DNA of 64,000 bases from Antedon mediterranea (taxonomy: Eukaryota; Animalia; Echinodermata), in contig NC_092677.1 in NCBI RefSeq assembly GCF_964355755.1, positions 28,383,175 to 28,447,174 of the forward strand, in the 5' to 3' direction. How positions within the stretch are numbered: the stretch's first letter is position 1; each line of letters opens with the position of its first letter. Positions 10,965 through 22,430 of this stretch are shown piece after piece. Both the position numbers and the translations under genes were made by a program. The notes under the pieces are model-generated. The model did not search any database, was not told the origin of the DNA, and saw only the letters and a list, made by a program, of their open reading frames with translations.

Positions 10965-13905
10965 TTAACATAAATTTCCCTCTGACAATTCATCATCATT
11001 TCCACCAACTGCTCCTACTTCTTTTGTTTCCACTTTGTCATTATTGCTACCTGGAGCTGTTAGTCCTCTTGCTAACTTGGCATACTAAATAAACAATTAA
11101 AATAATTCAAATACTGTAACAAACAACCTTGCCTCTTAATACTATAAATGCCTAAAATATTGCACTTACTTCATTGTCTAAATAAGTAAAATATGGCATT
11201 TTGCATATTTTTAAAACTCCTTCGCCATCTTGATTGTCATAAGCTTCTAGCAATTGTTGTAACAAATATGACGATTCATGTTCTGCAAATCCTTCCAAGC
11301 TATAAATAAAGCTATACATTCAGATTAACTCTGCTATGATATTCATTTTCTGTTTTTTTTTTTTCAGGAAATATATCCATATTAACAAGAAAGCAATGGG
11401 GTTATGAAACCACTCATTACAGTATAAAAGCAAGGAATTTATATTCAGGGGGTCTAAAAGAAGGCAAGATTTAAATGTTTTTTTTACTAATTAATCGTAT
11501 GTTTTTAAATAAGGCTAACAAATGTTTGTTTGCTATCAAACACCACCCTGTTATGGATTGGATTTTGTAGAGCACTCCAACACAATCCAGTAAAGTGAAA
11601 AACTTAATAATTAACCAGTGGGCCATAGCATCACAAAGTTGATACAGATGTCGTTCAACACCTGGCAGAAAATGACCCACATAGGCCTAGCATACCATTC
11701 AATAATTCCCAGCTGCAGTAGCTGGTTTGGATGAATTAATAAAAAAAAGCTTTGTTTTTCCACCCCTTATTTAAAAAAATGGTATTGTCTTAGTCTTACT
11801 CAAATGATGCCTTCACGATTTTGTCTGCTGCAACATAGTCATTGGTGTAAAGAAAAACGAGCACAAGAACAGCAGTACTCTGTAAAGTCAAAAAAGAATG
11901 TACAGTGGTTAAAGGAAAGATCAGTCTAAAATTGTATATAAATTATATATAGAAAAGAAACAATATCAATATGCTGTTGTTTAGGAGAAGGTAATTACTA
12001 AATGTATAGTAATTAAGTTAATTGACATTCTTACTCTAAATGATGATTGGTAGTTTTCTAGTTCTATGTACATGTCTCTTTCCTTTTTTAAAACATTTGC
12101 TGCATCACTCATAAACTTCATTTTCACCATTAATCTTGCAGCTTTTCCAAGTAGGTCCACAGCCTGTCTTAATTTTTCTTCATTCTGTAAATAAATACAA
12201 TCTCACTTTCAATAGCAACTGGTGGGCTAGTGTATGAGCATGTAGTTTTATAGGTCTCTGGTCTCTATTTAATTGAGCCTTAAATGTTACTACTTGCAAT
12301 CATTTTTAGAATGTTTAATAGATCATTTCAACATACCTCTGCAACCTCTGATGCTTTCATGTACAGTTCTATTGCCTCTGAGGGATTCGGAGTTTCCATA
12401 ATCCTATAAAACATTTAAAATAAAATATATTACAATTCTTGCGAGTCATGTAATTGTATAGCTTAATATTGAACAGTAATAACCTGTGTCTTGCAGCCTA
12501 GCTAGATTGCACAAAAGATTAAAGGTCCACACAGGTGAGATTTCCAACTGAAAAAATGGTCGAGTAGTGAGTTGAACCTGTGCTGATTGTATAGCTATGG
12601 TTTGCAGCACCTTAACTGATCTGCTGCTCGAACCCTAGTAATGCTACTGTATCTAGATAATTACATACTACCCATAGACAACTTACTTTGCAGCTCTTTC
12701 TAACATAATAGCTGCTGTATCTACAGAACCATACTGCCTGTATAGCTGTGACGCCCGTTTAATCAATTTAACAGCCTCATCGTACTGCTTCTGATCCTAC
12801 AAAGATTACACATACATTACATTAGATAAAAAGCATCAGATGTAAATTTTTAGTTCCTTATGTGATTGCTTGCTGAAAGTAAAGTATCACTGCATTAAAA
12901 GTATATTAATAATTATATCCAACCTTCAAAATCATAGCCGCTTGCTCAAAATCTTTTGCTGCATGAAACAATCTTGTGATAAGAATTAAGGTCAATGAAA
13001 CTGTAGTATTCTTTACCATTGATCTATTTAAACCAAATTGGATTATGTGTGAATCTATCTTTATTGCAATAAATTCAATTTTTTAAATGTTTTGTGTTGC
13101 TTTTATTTGGTTACAAGAACTTGGTTAAGCAGTACTGTACTTCATTATGTTACAATTAATGAATGTGTTTACTACCACCTAACCCTAACCCATAAATAAA
13201 AAAATATACTGGATTCTTGTTATTCACTTGAATCAGTAATCATGAAAGGATACGCTTTGTTCTGTCCATGACAATCAGCTGCACGCAAGTAAGTTTGTTT
13301 GGCCTCTTCAAAATGTTTGGCAACTTTAAAACACAAGGCTGTGATATAAAAGAAGACAATATGATATTAAATCATTATCAAGTAATTTATCATCAAGAAT
13401 AAAAATAGATGAATCTTTACTGTACCTGCTTTTTCAAAACTATGTGCTGCACTGTCAAGATCAGGCTTCCACTTGAAAAACGATGTCTTCATACTGAAAA
13501 TAAATTATGTTCAATTTAACTATTATTAGGTAGCCTATTAGTATTGCATAAATTTCCCAAGCTTATTTGAATTTGACAAATCAAATTGTTTTTTTTAATA
13601 GCAAAGTTCATTCTTAGTATTGTTTCCTCATTGAGGTTCATAAAATGGGATGAAGTGGGGCGAAACGTCCCGCCGGATTTGTACCCCTGCGCCTAGTATG
13701 TACATTAAGTACCAATGCGGCCTGCCTAGCTAGTAGTAGAGCTAATAAGAATAACGATCGGACTAGCCTACCCTAGCTAGGCTAAGAAAACTGGAATCTG
13801 GAAAGCTTTAAAGTCATTTTTTTTTTTCAAAAACATAAAAGCTTACTGCTTTTCTGCCTCATCCAATAGCTGTTTTGCTTCTTGTAATTTTTTATCAGAA
13901 GCCAT
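10965..13905 (-). CDS. NAPG: Gamma-SNAP, 10 coding exons
   Basis: Exons 13905-13847, 13493-13426, 13338-13254, 12972-12924, 12796-12687, 12403-12337, 12184-12035, 11879-11800, 11299-11170, 11084-10965. MASDKKLQEAKQLLDEAEKHMKTSFFKWKPDLDSAA...ALFHAAKDFEQAA...YLDNEYAKLARGL...EGNLC*. Confidence 0.93.
12973..13253 (-). other. U12-type (minor spliceosome) GT-AG intron in NAPG
   Basis: 5' site GTATCCTTTC; branch-like GACCTTAAT about 12 nt before the AG; reading frame joins as NKA|LFHAAK. Confidence 0.88.
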
Positions 13906-14239
13906 AATGTTTTCTTTGTAGCTAGGCCTAGACTCTTTTTTTTAATGCGACCGACGTCTAGTCTCTAGCTTGCTGGGCTTGCACGACACGAGCACGTCCT
14001 CTAGAGGTGTGGTGTGTAGAGCCTAGCCTACGTCGTTTGTTTGTTTACCGTGCGTTTGACATGCATCAACATTGACGCATTAGTTACATGGTTGACGCGT
14101 TTTTTTATTTTACCAAAAGATCCGATCGATCCGGGGACAACTCCCTGATCGATCCATACAATATTATATAATTATAAATTAAATTATTTAAATTAATAAT
14201 AATCGAATAAATTATAGACCTCCTTCAAATATTTTACCA

Positions 14240-15360
14240 TCATCAGTGCTCCGCTCCCTGATCCAATAATTACCGGCGGCTCCCTCGCTCTCCCTCCCAA
14301 AGACCATCAGTGCTCCCCTGATCCAATTACCGGCGGCTCCCTCTCCCTAAACACCATCAGTGCACCCTGATCCAATTACCGGCGGATCCCTCTCTCCCCC
14401 TCCCCAAAGACCATCAGTGCTCCCCTGATCCAATTACCGGCGGCTCCCTCTCCCTAAACACCATCAGTGCACCCTGATCCAATTACCGGCGGCTCCCTCT
14501 CTCTCCCTCCCCAAAGACCATCAGTGCTCTCCTGATCCAATTACCGGCGGCTCCCTCTCCCTAAACACCATCAGTGCACCCTGATCCAATTACCGGCGGA
14601 TCCCTCTCTCCCCCTCCCCAAAGACCATTAGTTCTCCCTGATCCAATTACCGGCGTCTCCCTCTCTCTTCCTCACCAAAGAACATCAGTGCTCCCTGATC
14701 CAATTACCGGCGGCTCCCTCTCTCCCCCCCCCCCTCCCCCAAAGACCATCAGTGCTCCCTGATCCAATTACCGGCGGCTCCCTCTCTCCCCCTCCAAAGA
14801 CCATTAGTGCTTCCTGATCCAATTACCGGCGTCTCCCTCTCTCTTCCTCACCAAAGACCATCAGTGCATGCTCCCTGATCCAATTACCGGCGGCTCCCTC
14901 TCTCTCCCTCCAAAGACCATACAATGCCTCCTGTCCAATTACCGGCGGCTCCCTCTCTCCCCCTCCAAAGACCATTAGTGCTCCCTGATCCAATTACCGG
15001 CGTCTCCCTCTCTCTTCCTCACCAAAGAACATCAGTGTTCCCTGATGATCTAATTACCGGCGGCTTCCTCTCTCTCCCTCACCAAAGACCATCAGTGCTC
15101 CCTGATCCAATTACCGGCGGCTCCCTCTCTGTCCCTCACCACCAAAGACCATCAGTGCTGCCTGATCCAATTACCGGCAGCTCCCTCTCTCTCCCTCCCC
15201 TCACCACCAAAGACCATCAGTGCTCCCTGATCCAATTACCGGCAGCTCCCTCTCTCTCCCTCACACCAAAGACCATGGAGCTAAATTTTACCATCATCAT
15301 CAGTGCTCGATCCAATTACCCGCGGCTCCGCGGCTCCCTCACCAAAAAGACCATGGAGGT
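14240..15360. repeat. GC-rich minisatellite, ~50-60 bp unit, ~19 copies
   Basis: Unit ccctgatccaattaccggcggctccctctct...caaagaccatcagtgct. Confidence 0.95.
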
Positions 15361-15653
15361 AAATGTTATACCTCCATGCCAAAGACCATGCATTTCTTTC
15401 AAAATCCTTTCAATAATAGACCAGTTTAAATAAATGTTTATAATGCATTTTTAGTGTAAACCAGCCATTGACATTTTGAAGAAGAAAATCGCAGACCTGG
15501 CAAGGCTAAACTGCAATTTTTTAAATACACACAATTAAATGAACCTGATTGTACATTTGCCCTAACCCTTTTCGGTGGGAGCAAGATATTACTGACATTT
15601 AAATTTCTCTAAAATAGTAGTAATTAGCGCGCGTCTGTACTGTCTTAATTTGA

Positions 15654-16030
15654 AGAGACCAATACTGACCACTCTGCAACCTCTCGCATGTCTGGTTGTA
15701 ATAGATGGAGGTATAGATACACACAAAGAGACCAATATACTGACCACTCTGCAACCTCTCACATGTCACGTCTGGTTGTAATAGATGGAGGTATAGATAC
15801 ACACAAAGAGACCAATATACTGACCACTCTGCAACCTCTCGCATGTCTGGTTGTAATAGATGGAGGTATAGATACACACAAAGAGACCAATATACTGACC
15901 ACTCTGCAACCTCTCACATGTCTGGTTGTAATAGATGGAGGTATAGATACACACAAAGAGACCAATATACTGACCACTCTGCAACCTCTCGCATGTCTGG
16001 TTGTAATAGATGGAGGAGGTATAGATAACA
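15654..16030. repeat. 75-bp minisatellite, ~5 copies
   Basis: Unit gagaccaatatactgaccactctgcaacctctc(g/a)catgtctggttgtaatagatggaggtatagatacacacaaa. Confidence 0.95.
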
Positions 16031-16839
16031 CAGAGATAGAATTTCTATACTGTATAGATAAAAATAATTTGTGTAACAAAAGGAAACAGCATAATAATAT
16101 AGTATGTACATTTTTATTATAATCAAAATTTAATAATAATTAAAATTTAAAATTAAAATTGACTAGCTACAATAGGGCTACAAAATATAAATACAAAGAC
16201 AAAAAATCACAAATTATCATTTGTAGTGTCGTAGAGTATTAATTGAATTAATATATGAAGAATTAAATAAATGCCATTTATTTTTATAAATGGTCTGAGT
16301 CATTTATTTATTTATGCAAAAACTAACTGATGATAAATGAACGAACGATTCGATTTGGTGGATGATTTGTGCGGCACGCATGATTGTACGGTAGGTAGCC
16401 AATATATAGTGACCTTGGAATTTTGTTATGGTTGTAATTGTATTTTTGGCGGGGATTGCCTTCCATAGGAAAATGATTGCGACGCCGCCATCCTTGTTGT
16501 TTAATAATATTATGCAATAGTTTTATACAATTTCTGAGTAGGTAACCTTACTTACACTTACTGTTTACACCGACTTTACACACTTACTAACCATCTAGGC
16601 TAGTCCTACCTACATCTACCAGTTATATTGTAAGTATTTGATAAGCTATTTTATATGATTAGGCTAGGATATTAGAGTATTTTTACTTTCAATATAGGCA
16701 TTTTTAGTTAGGCTACCGCCGACAATCACTCTCTGGACCGGCCAATCTGTAATTTCTCTCTCTCGCGTGTTGTAGAGCTAGGCGCGTGTCTCGTCTAGTA
16801 GAGGCCTAGCCGATTTACTTAATACAGTTGAATTTCTTA

Positions 16840-16876
<37 letters not shown>

Positions 16877-17152
16877 CCATATAATAATAGGCCCATGTTT
16901 TATCTTTGTAGGTACAGTAGAGTCAAAATGGTCTAGTCTAGCCTATTTATAATTTAGGTGTACTGCTGTACTGAGTGTACTACAGTACTAAATTCGGATG
17001 AATTCTGTCACTATGACCGATTGAATATATCAATACATTCATTGGAGAATATGTTTAATCGTATATAACATTGCATTTTAAATACAGTGTGGAGGTAAAA
17101 CTCATTCATATAATTAATCTAACATGCCTTTTTATTGTATTTTTAGAAATTA

Positions 17153-17554
17153 ATGATCATGGAAAGTGACAACCTAGAGTTACATGAAACTGACAACAAT
17201 AAAAATACTGAGTATTCTGAAAGAAGAAAAAGAAACAATATTGCTGTTCGAAAAAGTCGCAATAAAACAAGACAACAACACAAAGAAACTCAAGAAAAAG
17301 TTGAAAAACTCAAGTCTGAAAATGCAAAACTTGAAGAAAAAGTAAAACTATTATCAAAAGAATTAACTGTTTTGAAAGATCTGTTTCTTGTACAAGCTAA
17401 GGATGTCCCAGACCCAAGTACCACATATGCGTTATGTAATGCTCAATGCAATGAAAACAAAACACAATCGATTGAAGAAGAAGATGATACCACGGCCCTC
17501 GTTGATCATCAATATTCAAGACATACTACAAATACAAGTAAACAGAAGTTGTAA
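17153..17554 (+). CDS. CEBPG: Short C/EBP-family bZIP, gamma-like (no activation domain)
   Basis: EYSERRKRNNIAVRKSRNK basic region and leucine zipper LKSENAKLEEKVKLLSKELTVLKDLF; single coding exon after an acceptor at 17147. Confidence 0.88.
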   Translation: MIMESDNLELHETDNNKNTEYSERRKRNNIAVRKSRNKTRQQHKETQEKVEKLKSENAKLEEKVKLLSKELTVLKDLFLVQAKDVPDPSTTYALCNAQCNENKTQSIEEEDDTTALVDHQYSRHTTNTSKQKL

Positions 17555-17766
17555 TGACATATTCCGGAGACAACACTAAATTTGTTCAAACTCAAAATCT
17601 GTGTAAAATAATAAGAGTTTCGGCATGGCTGCCTTTGTTTATTTAACAATTGTTAGTGAATACAATCATGTTGTATTATGGTATAGTAATTCATTATACA
17701 ATACACACAGCACCATTACAAAGCAATTTGCTTTATGTACATTATTATTAAAGACTTTTTAGTAAA

Positions 17767-18436
17767 TTAGGCCTCCACAATAACAAGCTTCATTATTACA
17801 TTAGCCATTTTGTTGTAGTTTATTAGGCCTCCTCCACAATAACAAGCTTCATTATTACATTAGCCATTTTGTTGTAGTTTATTAGGCCACAATAACAAGT
17901 TTCATTATTACATTAGCCATTTTGTTGTAGTTTATTAGGCCTCCTCCACAATAACAAGCTTCATTATTACATTAGCCATTTTGTTGTAGTTTATTAGGCC
18001 TCCACAATAACAAGCTTCATTATTACATTAGCCATTTTGTTGTAGTTTATTAGGCCTCCTCCACAATAACAAGCTTCATTATTACATTAGCCATTTTGTT
18101 GTAGTTTATTAGGCCTCCTCCACAATAACAAGCTTCATTATTACATTAGCCATTTTGTTGTAGTTTATTAGGCCTCCACAATAACAAGCTTCATTATTAC
18201 ATTAGCCATTTTGTTGTAGTTTATTAGGCCTCCACAATAACAAGCTTCATTATTACATTAGCCATTTTGTTGTAGTTTATTAGGCCTCCACAATAACAAG
18301 CTTCATTATTACATTAGCCATTTTGTTGTAGTTTATTAGGCCTCCACAATAACAAGCTTCATTATTACATTAGCCATTTTGTTGTAGTTTATTAGGCCAC
18401 AATAACAAGCTTCATTATTACATTAGCCATTTTGTT
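17767..18436. repeat. ~56-bp minisatellite, ~12 copies, downstream of the CEBPG stop
   Basis: Unit ccacaataacaagcttcattattacattagccattttgttgtagtttattaggcct. Confidence 0.95.
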
Positions 18437-19846
18437 TCATCTATCTTACAATTATTGTACTATTCATCATAAGAAGTGCTAAATTAGCCATTATTCTTTT
18501 ATTCATTTATTTAGTTTATCAAATTAATAATACTGAATTATAAATGGTTCGTTTTAGACTAATAATAAACCATTAATTTCTCTAACTACTGGCCAGCACT
18601 GCAACTGGACATTACCATTATCCGTAATAATAATTTCTGTAAGTTCTGGATCTTACTAAAATATATAACTCCGTTTATTCTATATTGATTGTCTGTAATG
18701 TATTTGTCAAGATCTCATTGGACGTTTGAACTACTCTTGGTGTAGCATGTATACAGCACACCTTATTAAAACAAATTATTATATTAAACGTCGTGCACAA
18801 AACGCGATAGTTATTAGATGCTACAGAGATGTACACTCTTATTATTTATTTACAACTCTTTTGCCGCTGCTACTGTGCGTTCTCCTACGTATACAATGTT
18901 ATATTGACAATGGAATAACATTTACTAGGAATTTGATAGGCCTTTTACAGTTAGATGTATAAAGATAGATTTAACCGAAGTGAACATTTTGAAAAACTGT
19001 GTTTAGATGTTTGTTTAATTTTATTTAAAAGAAGAGTAATACTGTTGTGAATAAACTCGGGATAATGTTTTCCCATTTTGAAAATTGGTAGTAATATTGA
19101 GTATTTTAACAGCTAAAAATCATAATATGCGATTGGTTTTTCCGCTATATTTGCCATTCGTACTGCTTACTGTTTTCTATTGTATTATTATTATTTCGCT
19201 TTTATTACTGAAATTTTAAAGCATAGAGGAATTGCATGACCAAGCTAATTATAGAGAGTACGACCTATTCACTGTGTACTTTTTAGCCAACCCTATTCAT
19301 TCCACAGTTCACTAACCAGTTATAGTATATTGGGTTGTATAATTCTATAGTCATTTTCCTGGTCACTGTGTAAAGAAATGCATACAATAAGATTAATAGG
19401 CCAATATTTACAAAGTATTGTGTTTCCGAAAATATATTCAATGCAAGTCAATCCCTGCATGCCATTCACTGCAAGACAATCCCTGCGTGCCACTTTGGTA
19501 TTGTGATAACTTGAGTTTACTGGTGCTTTTTGGTTTAGAGACAAACTAAGATAGGTAGGTTGATTTATTATCATTATTATAAATATTATTATTTAAAATC
19601 ATTTTGTGACCGTTAAAGCGTTTGTTTCTACTAGTTAAACATTTATATTTTATATACCAAGTCAATGTTTCCGAAAGAATTTGGGATTTCTGATAAAACT
19701 ACACTCGTCTTCCTTTAATTACAGTTTTTGCTAGTTTCCACTCATAGAGATTTTTGTGTGTCTCTATAATAGATAAGGCTGTCATTCGGTCCATCATAGT
19801 TGTATAATAATAATAATAATAATACTTCTCCAAACAGTGGCAAACT

Positions 19847-19982
19847 TAGACCAGTCTTGAGATGTCATAGGCAGAATATGTATTGTCTGTATAGACCAGT
19901 CTTGAGATGTCATAGGCAGAATATGTATTGTCTGTATAGACTAGTCTTGAGATGTCACAGGCAGAATATGTATTGTCTGTAT
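19847..19982. repeat. 45-bp tandem repeat x3
   Basis: tagaccagtcttgagatgtcataggcagaatatgtattgtctgta. Confidence 0.9.
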
Positions 19983-20067
19983 AATCAGTTGCTGCATAAT
20001 ACAAATCGTGTGACGTTTATTACTCTGTCTACATTGTTTACCACTCTATCTATTTTCTTTAGTGACA

Positions 20068-21867
20068 ATGTTGAAGAAAAAGACAAAAAGTACCAAATCG
20101 CAAATCTGCAAAACACATAAAGGAATGGCTGTTACAAAATATTGCTTAACTTGTAAGGAAAAAGTTTGCAACGTGTGTACAACAGATGTGCACAACTTAC
20201 ATAATGTAACTAGTATGGAAGAAGCAGTGGATTTGAGAAGAAAATCAATGGTAGATACATTACAGCAATCTGTAGAGAATAAATCTCGTCTGAGCAACTC
20301 TAAATTGAAAAGTCAAAAGGCCATTGAGGATACTAATGAAGAGGAAGACACCGCTTTGCGTTCTGTTGAAGGCCATCGACAAACATTACAACATGCCATT
20401 GATGAACATTTCGACAGATTCATTAATGAAATAAAAGAGGCAAGAAAGGACAAAATTGACGCACTTAATAGCCACGTAGCAATGATAGTTGAGCGAGAGG
20501 AAAGCATCGAGGATTCGGAACTGGCGATTAAGAACTATTTGAAGCTGAAAGGTGAAGTAATGTTAGATCAACCGGAGGTAGAGTTAAGACTACAAGATAT
20601 GATACGTTTGACGAATTCAGAAACAGTACCAACAATATGTAAAGTGCCTGTAACATTCATTGTTAACGAAGAGTGTATAAATCTTGTTAAATCGTTGACA
20701 ATCGGTTTAGTTGTAACAGAAAGGAATTTTCTTGACATGAAGATACAGAAGAATAACCAGAAAGAACCAGTAGTGGGAGAACCAATTAGCGTCCTGCTCA
20801 ACAGCCATCCCGACTTTGCTAAAATGCCGATCACCAATCATTTTCAACCAATATTGACTGATAAACGAGGTAATACTACCAAACTATCTATAGAAAACGA
20901 CGTTGATGGAAAACGTGAGATAAAGTTCATTCCTGTCGCTGCAACAAATTATACTCTTAAATTACAATTGGGAAACGGTAATTTTAGTGGAAAAATCTTG
21001 GAAATAGATGTCCAACCACGCAATCGAATAGTTCTTGAAATTGGAGGAATGGCTGCCAACACTGCAGAGGTAAAGTTACATCGGCCAAATGATGTATGTA
21101 TTGCATCCGATGGTGTATATGCAATTGCCGACCGGTTTAATAAAAGAATAATATTGTGCAACAAACTAGGACAACTGCAAAATGAGATCAAGTTATTAAA
21201 AGTGAATGAGGTCGAGTGGCGAATTTATCCCCATGGTGTCTGTGTGACTCAAGATGGCAGTATACTCATTGCCGACCCAGAAAACAAAGTTGTATTCTTA
21301 TGTGATCCTAAGGGTAACCTACAAAATAGGTTTGGTACAGATATTTTACGATTTCCAACATCAGTTACTGTAGACATTGAAGGTCTCGTACATGTAATTG
21401 ATAGTAAGCATAATGCATTGTTTACTTTTAGCAGAGAAGGAGAATTGCTGAGAAGGATTCCCAGTATTGAAGATGCTATCTTGACATTAACTAATCCACG
21501 TTATGTTTGTGCTTCAAAAACCGGTGAAGTGATTGTTGCAGATACTGGTAACGGCAGACTTCTTGTGCTCGACACGTCAGGAAAACCACTCAATTTCATC
21601 AAAATTGATAACAGTGGCAAAAGTGGTTTTCCAGTTGGAGTTACCGTTGACGATCAAGGTACACTATATGTTTCCGTATTTCAAGAAGGTGGAGATGATC
21701 ACGCTATTCTGAAGTATAAGATGACGGGGACGTTGATTGGTAAGGTCGATACAGATGAGACAAATGTGTTTGCTCGCGGAATGTGTCTGGATACTTCATT
21801 TCCTTCCAATGTGTTGGTAATTGCAGATCACAGTACCAACAGTATTAAAGGATATTATGTTGAATAA
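20068..21867 (+). CDS. TRIM-NHL-like protein (B-box, coiled coil, filamin-like Ig, NHL repeats); no RING in this exon
   Basis: B-box CKTH...YCLTCKEKVCNVC...HNLHNV; NHL repeats LHRPNDVCIASDG..IADRFNKRI, YPHGVCV, FPTSVTV, NPRYVC, FPVGVTV; one long exon after an acceptor at 20061-20062. Confidence 0.88.
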   Translation: MLKKKTKSTKSQICKTHKGMAVTKYCLTCKEKVCNVCTTDVHNLHNVTSMEEAVDLRRKSMVDTLQQSVENKSRLSNSKLKSQKAIEDTNEEEDTALRSVEGHRQTLQHAIDEHFDRFINEIKEARKDKIDALNSHVAMIVEREESIEDSELAIKNYLKLKGEVMLDQPEVELRLQDMIRLTNSETVPTICKVPVTFIVNEECINLVKSLTIGLVVTERNFLDMKIQKNNQKEPVVGEPISVLLNSHPDFAKMPITNHFQPILTDKRGNTTKLSIENDVDGKREIKFIPVAATNYTLKLQLGNGNFSGKILEIDVQPRNRIVLEIGGMAANTAEVKLHRPNDVCIASDGVYAIADRFNKRIILCNKLGQLQNEIKLLKVNEVEWRIYPHGVCVTQDGSILIADPENKVVFLCDPKGNLQNRFGTDILRFPTSVTVDIEGLVHVIDSKHNALFTFSREGELLRRIPSIEDAILTLTNPRYVCASKTGEVIVADTGNGRLLVLDTSGKPLNFIKIDNSGKSGFPVGVTVDDQGTLYVSVFQEGGDDHAILKYKMTGTLIGKVDTDETNVFARGMCLDTSFPSNVLVIADHSTNSIKGYYVE

Positions 21868-22430
21868 TTATGACATCATTCAAATCATGATCTGTGTTTT
21901 GCGCGCCAACCAGTCGATCTACTAAAGTTGAATGAACTACTGGGAAGCTTCCGATAATATAGCAGCTTATAGTAAAATGTAAACTAACTAAGAGTAACAT
22001 TATAACATAACTGCAGATAACTTATTGAGAATAAAAACATTTATTGTTGAAAATAGAAAACTGATTTCCGATCATCAAGCTGGTAATTATTGCGTTTGTG
22101 ACAATCGGTTTAGCAACATAGGCATTATTGGAGTTTAGTGCGTTTTATATTTAGTTTACCTCTAGGTACAGATTGTCATAAATTAATATTGTTAGGCTTA
22201 CCACAATATTTTAGAGATTGTTTTTCTTTCTATTAGTATTAGCAACAGAAACAGAAAGACGCTCGAAATGTCATTGATATGAATCGATTAAAATGATATA
22301 GTTTATCGACAGGTTGTTAAAGAGTAAACAGAATATCATTTATTACTTAATGTTGGCTGCAATAAAGTCCACATTGTATAATGGCAAATTAAATTTGACT
22401 CGTGTTGGATTGTATCGGTATGCAGGAACT

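Noticed and set aside
14574-16126. Pro-rich and 25-aa-repeat ORFs
   Set aside because: Minisatellite translations
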